DNA of 35,425 bases from Candidatus Altarchaeum sp. (GTDB lineage Archaea; Altiarchaeota; Altiarchaeia; Altiarchaeales; Altiarchaeaceae). The DNA lies in assembly GCA_018260615.1 (NCBI GenBank), contig JAGWDQ010000098.1, positions 1-35,425 of the forward strand. Reading direction: 5' to 3'. The notes below the pieces were generated by a model. That model had not been told where the DNA came from and ran no database searches. It saw only the letters and a program-made list of their open reading frames with translations. A program made the position numbers and the translations under genes. Positions 26,690 to 35,274 of this stretch are shown piece after piece (position 1 is the stretch's first letter; each line of letters opens with the position of its first letter).

Positions 26690-27136
26690 ATGATTAAGTT
26701 GTATTTTAAGACAATAAAGGACAAGAAACTAAACGAAAAATTTAAAGACATTGAGATTTTGAGAATCGTGTGTGGCGTCTTATTTAAAACCGCAGATGGC
26801 AGAAGTAAGAAATACGATGATGCCATAATTGATACGGGTGCCTTTATCTCGTTAATTCCGTATTCAATATGGAAAAATGTCGAACATAAAGAATTTGTAA
26901 AACACAACGTGAAGGGAATCATATCAAAAAAAGAATGCTCACTTGATGTTATAATCGGGAAAATCAAAATCAGATTAATAGACGAGAAAAATGAGACGCG
27001 CGAAATAGAAATACATTCCTATCTTGCAATGACTGATGAAGTTCCATTAATCATCGGACTGAAAGATATATTAACAAGATTTAAGGTTTGCTTTGATTAT
27101 GGTGAGGATGAAGCATGGATTGAAGAGAAAAAATAA
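26690..27136 (+). CDS. Single-domain retropepsin-like (clan AA) aspartic protease
   Basis: AIIDTGAFISLIP and PLIIGLKDIL motifs. Confidence 0.8.
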   Translation: MIKLYFKTIKDKKLNEKFKDIEILRIVCGVLFKTADGRSKKYDDAIIDTGAFISLIPYSIWKNVEHKEFVKHNVKGIISKKECSLDVIIGKIKIRLIDEKNETREIEIHSYLAMTDEVPLIIGLKDILTRFKVCFDYGEDEAWIEEKK

Positions 27137-27143
27137 ATACAAA

Positions 27144-27403
27144 TCATTCCGGGTGTGGCAAGTGATTCAACATTGCTTTATGCTCCTGAAATTAAATTTT
27201 ATGCGATGCGGGTTGAGATTGACAAATTTATCACCTCACTTCGTTCGGAGATGCTTAAATCCTCTGCGGATTTAAACATGCAGACATCTGTTAAAAATTT
27301 ATTCGCAGCGGGAGACGGGGCGGGATTAAGCAGAGATATAATTAATGAATCGGCAACGGGAGTGCTCGCGGGAAGAGGGATATTAAATTTATTGAGCATT
27401 TAA
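27144..27403 (+). pseudogene. Orphan 3' fragment of the oxidoreductase
   Basis: Second copy of the duplicated segment; ends ILNLLSI* rather than ILNFLK*. Confidence 0.9.
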
Positions 27404-27443
27404 GAACAAATTTCTAATTCTTTAGACATTTATTCTAATCTAA

Positions 27444-29270
27444 ATGAAACTCTTTGAAATTTCTTACGAGGTCTGCAACAAGGTCGGCGGAATTTATACA
27501 GTATTAAAGACAAAAGCACCCTACATTGTAGAACATTACGGAAGGGAAAATTACACAATGCTCGGATTCTATAATCCGAAACTTGCAATAGCAGAATTTA
27601 ACGAAAAAGAGCCAAATCCCGAATTAAGCAAAATTTTCGCCGAACTAAAAAGCAGAGGAATTGAATGTCATTACGGAGAATGGCTGATAAACGGTTATCC
27701 GCAGGTAATTTTGCTTGATATAAAAAATTTCTGGAAAGAAAAGGACAAAGTAAAGGAATTGCTCTGGAAATTTTATAATGTTGATTCCCTGTTTTCTTCT
27801 TATGAATTTGACGAGCCATTATTGTGGAGTTATGCATGCGGAATGCTGATAGAAAAAATATATAAAATTTTTCCAAATGAAGATAAATTTATTGCTCATT
27901 TTCACGAATGGCTTTCGGGAGCGGGACTGCTTTATTTAAAAATGCAAAATTTACTGATTGCGACTGTCTTTACCACACATGCAACAATCACAGGAAGAAC
28001 ACTTGCAAACATGGGAATTGACTTATATGATAAAATTTATGAAGGACTGTCAAAAGGTCAGACATTTCCTGTTGAAGATAGCAGAAATTTTGGAATTGCA
28101 GATAAACATACAATAGAAATCGCAAGTGCCACTAATGCGGATGTATTTTCAACTGTAAGCGAGGTAACAGGTAAAGAAGCAGAGTATTTTCTGCACAAAA
28201 AGCCGGATATCATTCTTCCGAACGGAATTGACATTGAGCCGGGCATAACCATAGATGAAATTACAATAAGGCGAAGGGAGAACAGAAAGTTCATGAGAAG
28301 TTTCCTTAATGCCTATTTTTTGAGATATTATAACATTGATACGAACAGAATACGAACTCTTTTTATTTCAGGCAGATACGAATTCAGGAACAAAGGGATT
28401 GATATATTTATTAAGGCGTTAGGAAATTTAAACCGAAAACTTAAGGAAGCAAAAGAGAAGAACGAGCGGTTAAATTTTGATGCGGTTATTGCATTTTTCT
28501 TCATTCCGTCGGATGTTAAAGGTGAAAATTTAAGGGTTATGAGAAATGTGATGATTTATGAAAATATTGAAGGTCTGGTGGATAATGAAATTTTTAACAT
28601 ACGAAACAAAATAATCGCGAATATAGTAAGCGGAAAGATAAACAAAATACCGAATGAAAGTAATGAGTGCGGTAAATTTTTTTCATACGAATTTATAAAC
28701 GCCTGCAGAGATGTATTTGCCCATTTTGATGAATTAAGGGGACAAAATCCTCCGATAAGTGCGTTTGATTTAAGGTCTGAAACCGATGCAATTTTGAAGT
28801 CATTAAAGGCAGATGGCCTGGAAAATAAAGAGGAAGATGTAGTTAAAGTCATAAATTATCCCGTTTATCTTTCACCGAGAGATATGTTTATAAATCTTGA
28901 TTACTATACAGCAATTTCTGCCTTTGATATGGGAATTTTTCCATCGTATTACGAACCGTGGGGATATACTCCGCTTGAAGCGGCAAAATACGGGGTAATT
29001 ACGATAACAACTGATTTGGCCGGTTTTGGAAATTTTATAGAAAAGAAAGACGGAGGAGGAATATATGTTATTCAGAGAACGGGCAAAGATGATGAATATG
29101 TTGTTGAAAATTTAACAAAGAAAATTTTGGAAATTTTAAATTTCTCAGACGATGAACGGGTGAAGGCGAGGATGAGGGCGAGAGAATTGGCAACATTTTG
29201 TGACTGGAAAATTCTGGTAAATAATTATTTTGAGGCACACAGAATGGCGATGGAAAAGATGAAAAAATGA
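27444..29270 (+). CDS. GT3-family glycogen synthase
   Basis: FEISYEVCNKVGGIYTV, HFHEWLSG, GRYEFRNKG and PSYYEPWGYTPLE motifs. Confidence 0.92.
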   Translation: MKLFEISYEVCNKVGGIYTVLKTKAPYIVEHYGRENYTMLGFYNPKLAIAEFNEKEPNPELSKIFAELKSRGIECHYGEWLINGYPQVILLDIKNFWKEKDKVKELLWKFYNVDSLFSSYEFDEPLLWSYACGMLIEKIYKIFPNEDKFIAHFHEWLSGAGLLYLKMQNLLIATVFTTHATITGRTLANMGIDLYDKIYEGLSKGQTFPVEDSRNFGIADKHTIEIASATNADVFSTVSEVTGKEAEYFLHKKPDIILPNGIDIEPGITIDEITIRRRENRKFMRSFLNAYFLRYYNIDTNRIRTLFISGRYEFRNKGIDIFIKALGNLNRKLKEAKEKNERLNFDAVIAFFFIPSDVKGENLRVMRNVMIYENIEGLVDNEIFNIRNKIIANIVSGKINKIPNESNECGKFFSYEFINACRDVFAHFDELRGQNPPISAFDLRSETDAILKSLKADGLENKEEDVVKVINYPVYLSPRDMFINLDYYTAISAFDMGIFPSYYEPWGYTPLEAAKYGVITITTDLAGFGNFIEKKDGGGIYVIQRTGKDDEYVVENLTKKILEILNFSDDERVKARMRARELATFCDWKILVNNYFEAHRMAMEKMKK

Positions 29271-29342
29271 AAGCAAGAGAATAAAATCAAAGACAAAAGA
29301 AGAAAAAAATGTGTTAATGTATCGCGATATCATTGAATCTGA

Positions 29343-29513
29343 TTAAACCGCCCCTACCTGCCTCGCGAGTTTTTCACAGTATGCAAAGTATTTCTTTCTT
29401 TCTATATATTCTTTATCTGTTGGCTTCAGGGACTCTATCCTGTCCATTTCTTCTATAAACCTTACTGCATCATCTCCCGTTATTTTTGTCCCCAGTTTAA
29501 TTGGTCTTGCCAT
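29343..29513 (-). CDS. 56-aa antitoxin-like protein (missed by the ORF track)
   Basis: MARPIKLGTKITGDDAVRFIEEMDRIESLKPTDKEYIERKKYFAYCEKLARQVGAV*. The 'MARPIK....L.G.DA.RF' pattern is recalled from small partners of GNAT toxins. Confidence 0.6.
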   Translation of the reverse strand: MARPIKLGTKITGDDAVRFIEEMDRIESLKPTDKEYIERKKYFAYCEKLARQVGAV

Positions 29514-29528
29514 TTTTAAATTTATTTA

Positions 29529-29556
29529 AAAATATCCGAACAATAGTGAGGTTATT
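29529..29556 (+). repeat. Partial REP-like copy
   Basis: AAAATATCCGAACAATAGTGAGGTTATT; 25/28 identical to the AAAATATCCGAGCAACAGCGAGGTTATT consensus from the 33.5-kb copies. Confidence 0.8.
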
Positions 29557-29592
29557 TTGAAATTTGAATATCTGTTTGAATAATTACATAAT

Positions 29593-29787
29593 AATTAACT
29601 TGACTTTGTCATATTTCAAAACATCATCTAAAAATTTAAAATTTTTAAAGCCGAAAATTGCCGAAATACGAATTTAAAATTTTTATTTTTAAGCAATAAA
29701 AAAATCACACAGATTTTTTTAGATTGAAAACTCAATGTTTTCAGTATAAAGCATTTAAAATTTTAATCTGACAAAGTCAAGTTAATT
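29593..29787. mobile_element. ~190-bp MITE with 19-bp perfect inverted repeats
   Basis: AATTAACTTGACTTTGTCA at 29593-29611 and TGACAAAGTCAAGTTAATT at 29769-29787. Non-coding AT-rich core. TSD is ambiguous (TA, TTAA or AATT). Confidence 0.8.
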
Positions 29788-29842
29788 TTAATTCTTTAAA
29801 TAATTTTAATTTTAAATTTTTTGTAAGTAAAATTTCAGACAA

Positions 29843-31732
29843 TTATTTTTCCATCAGATTTATCAATTCACTCCTCAAAATTTCCATCCCGTTCTGCGTT
29901 AAAATTGATTCAGGATGAAACTGGAATCCGACAAAATTTCTTCCGCGCAGTACGTGTATCTCGTTTGTTTGTTTATCATAACTTATTTTTACTCCGTCCA
30001 ATTCTCTTTCATACCTTCCGGCGAAAGTATTGTAAAACCCGACAATTTCCTTTTTGCCAAATAAGTCAATTGTTTCCTGCACTCCCTGAAATGGCTTTTC
30101 CTTTCGGACAACCTTTATTCCGAGCGACTTGCAGATAAACTGATGCCCCAGGCACACACCAATAAATTTTTTACCCGATTTAATAAATTTCCTGGTAATG
30201 TCTGCAATAATATTCATTTTTTCATTTTCCATATCATTAGGATTTCCCGGACCCGGGCCAATTATTGTTATGTCACTCCAATCATCATCAAAATCGTATT
30301 TGTCGTATCTGATGATATTTACTTTTGCTCCGATCTTTGATAATATGTGTTTTAACATATAACAAAAATCATCTTCATTATCAATAATTGTGATACATTT
30401 GCCCTTTATTTGCCCGCTCATATTAGCTTCACCTTCCTGACTGAAAAACCAGAATTTGGATAATTTTTGATTCCTTTGTTGTAACCTCTCAAGCACTTCA
30501 TCGTCTTCTCCAACATAAGGTAAAATTTTTAAAGGTGTGCTTTTTGCATGGCTTTGAACACCATCCATGACCTCTTTGATTTTTGCTTTTGTCTCGGCAA
30601 CCTCTTCCGACGGAACAGAATCCCTTACGAAAGTTGAACCAACCCTTGTTAAAATCTCTCCATGCTCATCAATTTCCACAGTTCTTATCAAAATAGGACT
30701 ATCCAAAAATTCCATGCCTTCTTCATTCCTTCCTATAAGAACTATCGGGCTTCCGTAATATCTCCTGTCTTCCCCTTCGTATTTATAAATCACCCTGCAG
30801 GCACTTTCAAGAGGACTTCCCGTAACAGTTGCAGCATGCATTGAGTCCCTTAAAATTTCAATTATATCTTGAGCGCTTTTGCCGCTTAATAAATATTCTG
30901 TATGAATAACTGTTGACATCTCTTTTAACAAAGGACCTATTATCATTCCGCCTTGAGCGCAAATCTTTGCCATCATTTTTAATTCCTCATCTAATACCAT
31001 GAATAACTCATTAATCTCTTTCTTATCCGAAAGAAAATTTAGAAAGTCATTTTTAACTTTCCTTAAATTTATTTTCTCTCCCGATTCTTTTCTGAATGTT
31101 CCGCTGATTGGAAGCATTTTTACTCTGCCATCCTTTACGGAAATATGTGTTTCCGGACTTGCACCGATCAGAAATCTGTCGCCATTGTAAAATATAAAAT
31201 TCCAGTGACTATCGGATTTATTCATCAGAATATTTTTATAAATACTTAATGCCTTATTGACTGACATATTTTTAATTTTGGCAGTTCCCTTTCTTGGGAT
31301 AACAAAATTAGCACCTTCTCCATTACCAATCTCATCTTTTATAACACTTTCTATTATCCTTTCGTATTCCTCATCGGAATAATTATATTTCCATTCCTTT
31401 TCTAATTCAATTTTTTCAGCGGGGAGAAATTTATAGAGTTCTTCTAATGATACATTTAATTGTCTTTCAATGTCAATACATAAAATTTTTGCTCCATCGT
31501 CGTGTGCCTTAAAATTTCTCTCTTTTATCTGTGAGAAAGGAATCGCACTAATCGTGTCAAATATTTCGTTCTTTACAATTCCTTTTTTTCTCGGAATATC
31601 ATCAAGGTTATCTAATTCTGTTGCTTTTCCTTCAAATACCAATGCATCTATATCCCCCTTTCTTTTGATTATGGCAAACGGTTCTTTGCCTTTGGATAAT
31701 CTTTCCAGTAAGTCATTTAAATTTGTTTCCAT
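29843..31732 (-). CDS. Fused TrpE/G-type chorismate aminase, PhzE-like (ADIC/anthranilate synthase)
   Basis: GEGANFVIPR, GASPE.H, PISGTFR, KEINELFMVLDEELKMM; GATase motifs GPGPG, GVCLGHQ, FHPESILT. Confidence 0.88.
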   Translation of the reverse strand: METNLNDLLERLSKGKEPFAIIKRKGDIDALVFEGKATELDNLDDIPRKKGIVKNEIFDTISAIPFSQIKERNFKAHDDGAKILCIDIERQLNVSLEELYKFLPAEKIELEKEWKYNYSDEEYERIIESVIKDEIGNGEGANFVIPRKGTAKIKNMSVNKALSIYKNILMNKSDSHWNFIFYNGDRFLIGASPETHISVKDGRVKMLPISGTFRKESGEKINLRKVKNDFLNFLSDKKEINELFMVLDEELKMMAKICAQGGMIIGPLLKEMSTVIHTEYLLSGKSAQDIIEILRDSMHAATVTGSPLESACRVIYKYEGEDRRYYGSPIVLIGRNEEGMEFLDSPILIRTVEIDEHGEILTRVGSTFVRDSVPSEEVAETKAKIKEVMDGVQSHAKSTPLKILPYVGEDDEVLERLQQRNQKLSKFWFFSQEGEANMSGQIKGKCITIIDNEDDFCYMLKHILSKIGAKVNIIRYDKYDFDDDWSDITIIGPGPGNPNDMENEKMNIIADITRKFIKSGKKFIGVCLGHQFICKSLGIKVVRKEKPFQGVQETIDLFGKKEIVGFYNTFAGRYERELDGVKISYDKQTNEIHVLRGRNFVGFQFHPESILTQNGMEILRSELINLMEK

Positions 31733-31790
31733 TGTTTGATAGCATAAATTTTAAAATTCAATTACAATTAGTATTCTAAAATATTAATTT

Positions 31791-32402
31791 TTAAGCATCT
31801 CCATGTGATTCTCCTAAAACAATCCCGCTCGCAATTATATGTGCAAGTCGTATCGGTTCCGGAATTAACCCGCGTGTTGTTGAAATTTTAACAATTGCCT
31901 TCGCATCGCTTAAATTTATCCCGCATTTTTGAATGTATAAATATCCTTTTCTTCCGTCAACACTCTTAACTTTGACCTTTTTCGGCTTTCCCGCACTTTC
32001 AATCAGTTTCCATCTTTCTTCAAAATCTGCGAAATTTTTTAACGCATTTCTTATTCTTTCAAAATCTGGAAATTTCCTGACAACTACAATTACGGGAATA
32101 TGCGTATCCTTAAAAATTTGTTTAATATTGGCAATGTTAAATCCGGCATAAGTGATCCCGTCAAGCATTATTATTCGCAAGTCCTTGTGTCTCGTCTTTT
32201 TCAGCATGTCAATTATTGTCTGTGTTATATCTTTTCCGTCAACCTCTGCTTCTCTCTTCATAATCCCGTCCATAAATGAGCCACCCCTGAACATCACTCC
32301 GATAATGATTGCTTTCTTGTCTTTTCTGAAATCAAATGGTCCGTCATCTATTCCGAGAATTCTGATTTCTTTCTTTATTTTCCTGAATTTTACATTATCC
32401 AT
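31791..32402 (-). CDS. DUF99/UPF0215 endonuclease V-like protein
   Basis: RILGIDDGPF, MLDGITYAGFN and IPEPIRLAHIIASG motifs. Confidence 0.9.
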   Translation of the reverse strand: MDNVKFRKIKKEIRILGIDDGPFDFRKDKKAIIIGVMFRGGSFMDGIMKREAEVDGKDITQTIIDMLKKTRHKDLRIIMLDGITYAGFNIANIKQIFKDTHIPVIVVVRKFPDFERIRNALKNFADFEERWKLIESAGKPKKVKVKSVDGRKGYLYIQKCGINLSDAKAIVKISTTRGLIPEPIRLAHIIASGIVLGESHGDA

Positions 32403-32490
32403 ATAAATTTTAAATATATTTATAAAACATAATTATTTATGATATATAAATTTAACAAAAAAGAATATAAAATTTAAATATTAATTTAAA

Positions 32491-33270
32491 ATGCCATTGC
32501 CAATTGATGAATATTCAAAAAAAATTTCCGTATTTGGAAAAGGAACAAAAACAAAACTGCTGGTCGTAAATATACTGAAAGACGGTGAAAAGTCGTATTC
32601 TGAAATTCAGAAAAATTTTCCCAGAACATCAAAATCAACCCTTTACAAATATTTAAGTGAATTATATAAAGGCGGAATAATCAAAAAACGGGTTGAACGG
32701 ACAGACGGAAGAAGGCCGCTTGCTTTTTATAATTTAAATTTTCTTGCAATAAATTTATCTCCCTCGGGAATCCGGGATGTTATTGATGGCAAAAATAATG
32801 AAAACAGCGAAATTTTTGCGAAAGTAAATATATCCGTAAAGGGAAAAGGCATTACCCTGAAATTTTCCCAGAGCAGATTGCTCAATGACCTGCTTTCCGC
32901 AGGTATAAAAATAGAGGATGCGGTTGATGTATTAAAAGAACTAAAATCGGGACTATATGAAGGTATTACGACAACCGAAATAAAGGATATGGTCTGCGAA
33001 ATTTTAGAAAACGATGACAAAAAACTTGCCAATATATTTGCCGTGTATATTGATGATAAATTAAAGGTCAATTGCGACAATGACATTGAAATTTGGACAG
33101 AGGATGAAATTTCTCATAAGTTAAAGGATTACCGAAAAATGACTGAATTTACCGGCGATGAATTAAAATTTTTATCTCACAAAATAGTCAGAGACATAAA
33201 GAAACTGACATTGCTTCCGACAAAATCACTTGTTGAGGAACATATAAAATTTATTGCGGAAAGTTTCTAA
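32491..33270 (+). CDS. ArsR-like winged-HTH regulator with ATP-cone-like domain(s)
   Basis: wHTH 'GEKSYSEIQKNFPRTSKSTLYKYLSELYKGGII' followed by 'FSQSRLLNDLLSAG...GITTTEIKDMVCEIL'. Confidence 0.65.
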   Translation: MPLPIDEYSKKISVFGKGTKTKLLVVNILKDGEKSYSEIQKNFPRTSKSTLYKYLSELYKGGIIKKRVERTDGRRPLAFYNLNFLAINLSPSGIRDVIDGKNNENSEIFAKVNISVKGKGITLKFSQSRLLNDLLSAGIKIEDAVDVLKELKSGLYEGITTTEIKDMVCEILENDDKKLANIFAVYIDDKLKVNCDNDIEIWTEDEISHKLKDYRKMTEFTGDELKFLSHKIVRDIKKLTLLPTKSLVEEHIKFIAESF

Positions 33271-33339
33271 AATTTTTCCGTTTTTCCGGAACATCTAAAA
33301 GAAAATATATAAATTTATCAGCAGGTAACAATTTTTTAT

Positions 33340-33586
33340 CGTACAGGAAAGTTCGTTTTATTGTTCTCTAACCTCGCTGTTGCTCGGATATTTTCAAAAA
33401 CTCCGCGTTTTGAAAATCGCACCAAGACACGGAGACACAAAGGGCGATGTTGCTCTGTGACTTTGTGGCTTTTTCAAAACCCAAAGGTTTTGAAAATATC
33501 CGAGCATTTTCAAATCGCAGAGATTTGAAAATATCCGAGCAACAGCGAGGTGAACAGCGAGGTTATTGTGTGAGTATTATTCTGAT
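33340..33586. mobile_element. Second copy of the TIR-less hairpin element carrying nested REP-like insertions
   Basis: TTTTTTAT at 33332-33339 and 33587-33594. Same 23-nt leader and octamer hairpin as the 7.6-kb copy. Inserts at 33370-33419 and 33473-33567. Confidence 0.8.
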
Positions 33587-33612
33587 TTTTTTATCAAAAA
33601 ATATTTTGTTTT

Positions 33613-34149
33613 TTATTCTAATTCGTCTTCCCGATTTATTACCCTCCTCATTTCTTTATCTTTACGTTGTTTTTTTCTCTTATCTAAAAATCCGTATGCG
33701 GTTCCGGATTTTCCGTGATTAATGAGCATCAATATTGCCTCTTTTACATCTTCAACATCCTCATAATCACCAATTATGCCTATGCCCTCCTTTCCCACGC
33801 ACACATAACACTCTGAAATTTTTTCTATGGTATCCAGAACACTCCTGTTTGTTCCTATGATCCTCCCCCTGACGGGTAGAAATTTTTTTTCAGACAGAGG
33901 AATGAATTCATAAGTGTAATCCTTATAATCCTTTGTCAATAATAATGCCTTTTCCGGACTAAATCCCAAACTTATTGCATCAACTACATTTTCTGCAAGC
34001 ATTTCATAATAAGGTGAACCGGAAATAGTTACATCTGTTCCCGTGACTAAAATTTTTGTATGTGTTTTTTCCTCTGTTTTCTTTTTTATTTCTCCGTCTT
34101 TTCCTATCAGCACACCAATTCGGTCTTCTGCTATCTTTGTGTATTGCAT
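33613..34149 (-). CDS. Dim2/PNO1-like KH-domain pre-rRNA processing protein
   Basis: IGVLIGKDGEIK, AISLGFSPEKA and RGRIIG motifs. Confidence 0.88.
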   Translation of the reverse strand: MQYTKIAEDRIGVLIGKDGEIKKKTEEKTHTKILVTGTDVTISGSPYYEMLAENVVDAISLGFSPEKALLLTKDYKDYTYEFIPLSEKKFLPVRGRIIGTNRSVLDTIEKISECYVCVGKEGIGIIGDYEDVEDVKEAILMLINHGKSGTAYGFLDKRKKQRKDKEMRRVINREDELE

Positions 34150-34294
34150 TTTTATCTTAATTTTAATGAATTATAAATTACTATTTTAACAAATTATAAA
34201 TTTCCTTAAAAATCAGTAAACCTTAAAAAATTTTATATCATCAAAACAAAATTTAATACCTATTTTAAAATAAACCGTATAAAAATTATCAAAA

Positions 34295-35260
34295 ATGAAA
34301 TTTAAAGCAACAGCAATAGCCCACCCGAATATTGCATTTGTTAAATATTGGGGAAAGAAGGATGAGGACTTGAGAATTCCGCTCAATAACAGCATATCAA
34401 TGAATCTGGGAAATTTATGGACAAAAACAACAGTTGAATTCAATGATTTTGATGACGATATTGTCATAATTAACAAAGAGGTTGCAGAAGGAACAGCAAA
34501 GGAAAGAGTAGTTAAACATCTGGATAAATTTAGAAATTTAGCAAGCAATGTCTTAAAGGCAAAAGTTGTAAGTGAAAACAATTTTCCGATGTCTAGCGGG
34601 ATTGCATCATCGGCGTCAGGATTTGCCGCATTAACAATGGCAAGTGCATCCGCCTTAAATTTAAATTTGAGTGAAAAGGAATTGAGCATACTGGCACGAC
34701 TGGGAAGCGGTTCGGCGTGCAGGTCTATTCCCGACGGATTCACAGAATGGCTGATGGGAACCTCTAATGACGACTCTTATGCTGTCTCACTTGCTCCTGC
34801 AGAACATTTTGAAATTTATGACTTAGTAGTTATCATTAGGAATGAAAGAAAAGAAATTTCCTCAACGAAAGGGATGCAAAAATTTAATCCTTATTTTTAT
34901 GCACGGCTTGCCGAAGTTAGTGAAAATTTAAATTTTGTAAGAAAAGGTATAATTGAAAAAAATTTGAAAATGCTTGGAACTTATGCTGAAAAGGATTGTA
35001 TATCTATGCACACCGTGATGATGAATTCGGGATTGTTTTACTGGGAGCCGGAGACATTGAAAATTATTAAGGAAGTATGGAATTTGCGAAAGAACGGAAC
35101 AGAATGTTATTTGACTATTGATGCAGGCCCGAATGTTCATGTTTTATGTTTGCCTGAAAATAAAGAAAAAATTAAGGGGAAATTTAGCGAATTAAATTTT
35201 GAAATTTTGGAGTCAAAACCGGGAGGGAAAGCACGAGTTATTGGAGAAAGTTTATTTTAA
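34295..35260 (+). CDS. mvaD: (Di)phosphomevalonate decarboxylase family protein
   Basis: HPNIAFVKYWGK, GIASSASGFAA, RLGSGSACRS and DAGPNVH motifs. Confidence 0.88.
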   Translation: MKFKATAIAHPNIAFVKYWGKKDEDLRIPLNNSISMNLGNLWTKTTVEFNDFDDDIVIINKEVAEGTAKERVVKHLDKFRNLASNVLKAKVVSENNFPMSSGIASSASGFAALTMASASALNLNLSEKELSILARLGSGSACRSIPDGFTEWLMGTSNDDSYAVSLAPAEHFEIYDLVVIIRNERKEISSTKGMQKFNPYFYARLAEVSENLNFVRKGIIEKNLKMLGTYAEKDCISMHTVMMNSGLFYWEPETLKIIKEVWNLRKNGTECYLTIDAGPNVHVLCLPENKEKIKGKFSELNFEILESKPGGKARVIGESLF

Positions 35261-35261
35261 A

Positions 35262-35274
35262 TAGGACTTACGCA
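35262..35274. mobile_element. Possible isolated IS/MITE terminus
   Basis: TAGGACTTACGCA resembles recalled IS/MITE ends. No partner copy in the window. Confidence 0.3.

Larger units (their letters stand above)
25906..27390 (+). repeat. 247-bp direct repeat (25906-26152 / 27144-27390) of the oxidoreductase 3' end flanking 991 bp of cargo
   Basis: Offset 1238 bp. Four substitutions, all in the last ~60 bp. Confidence 0.95.

Noticed and set aside
25906-27390. DGR template/variable repeat pair
   Set aside because: No reverse transcriptase. Only four differences, which are not an adenine-specific pattern, and the target is a metabolic enzyme.
33370-33567. CRISPR array
   Set aside because: Units are in mixed orientation with 5-9 nt variable loops, not 30-40 nt spacers, and no cas genes are present.
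33447-33722. 91-aa ORF
   Set aside because: It runs through repeat DNA and antisense to the KH gene.
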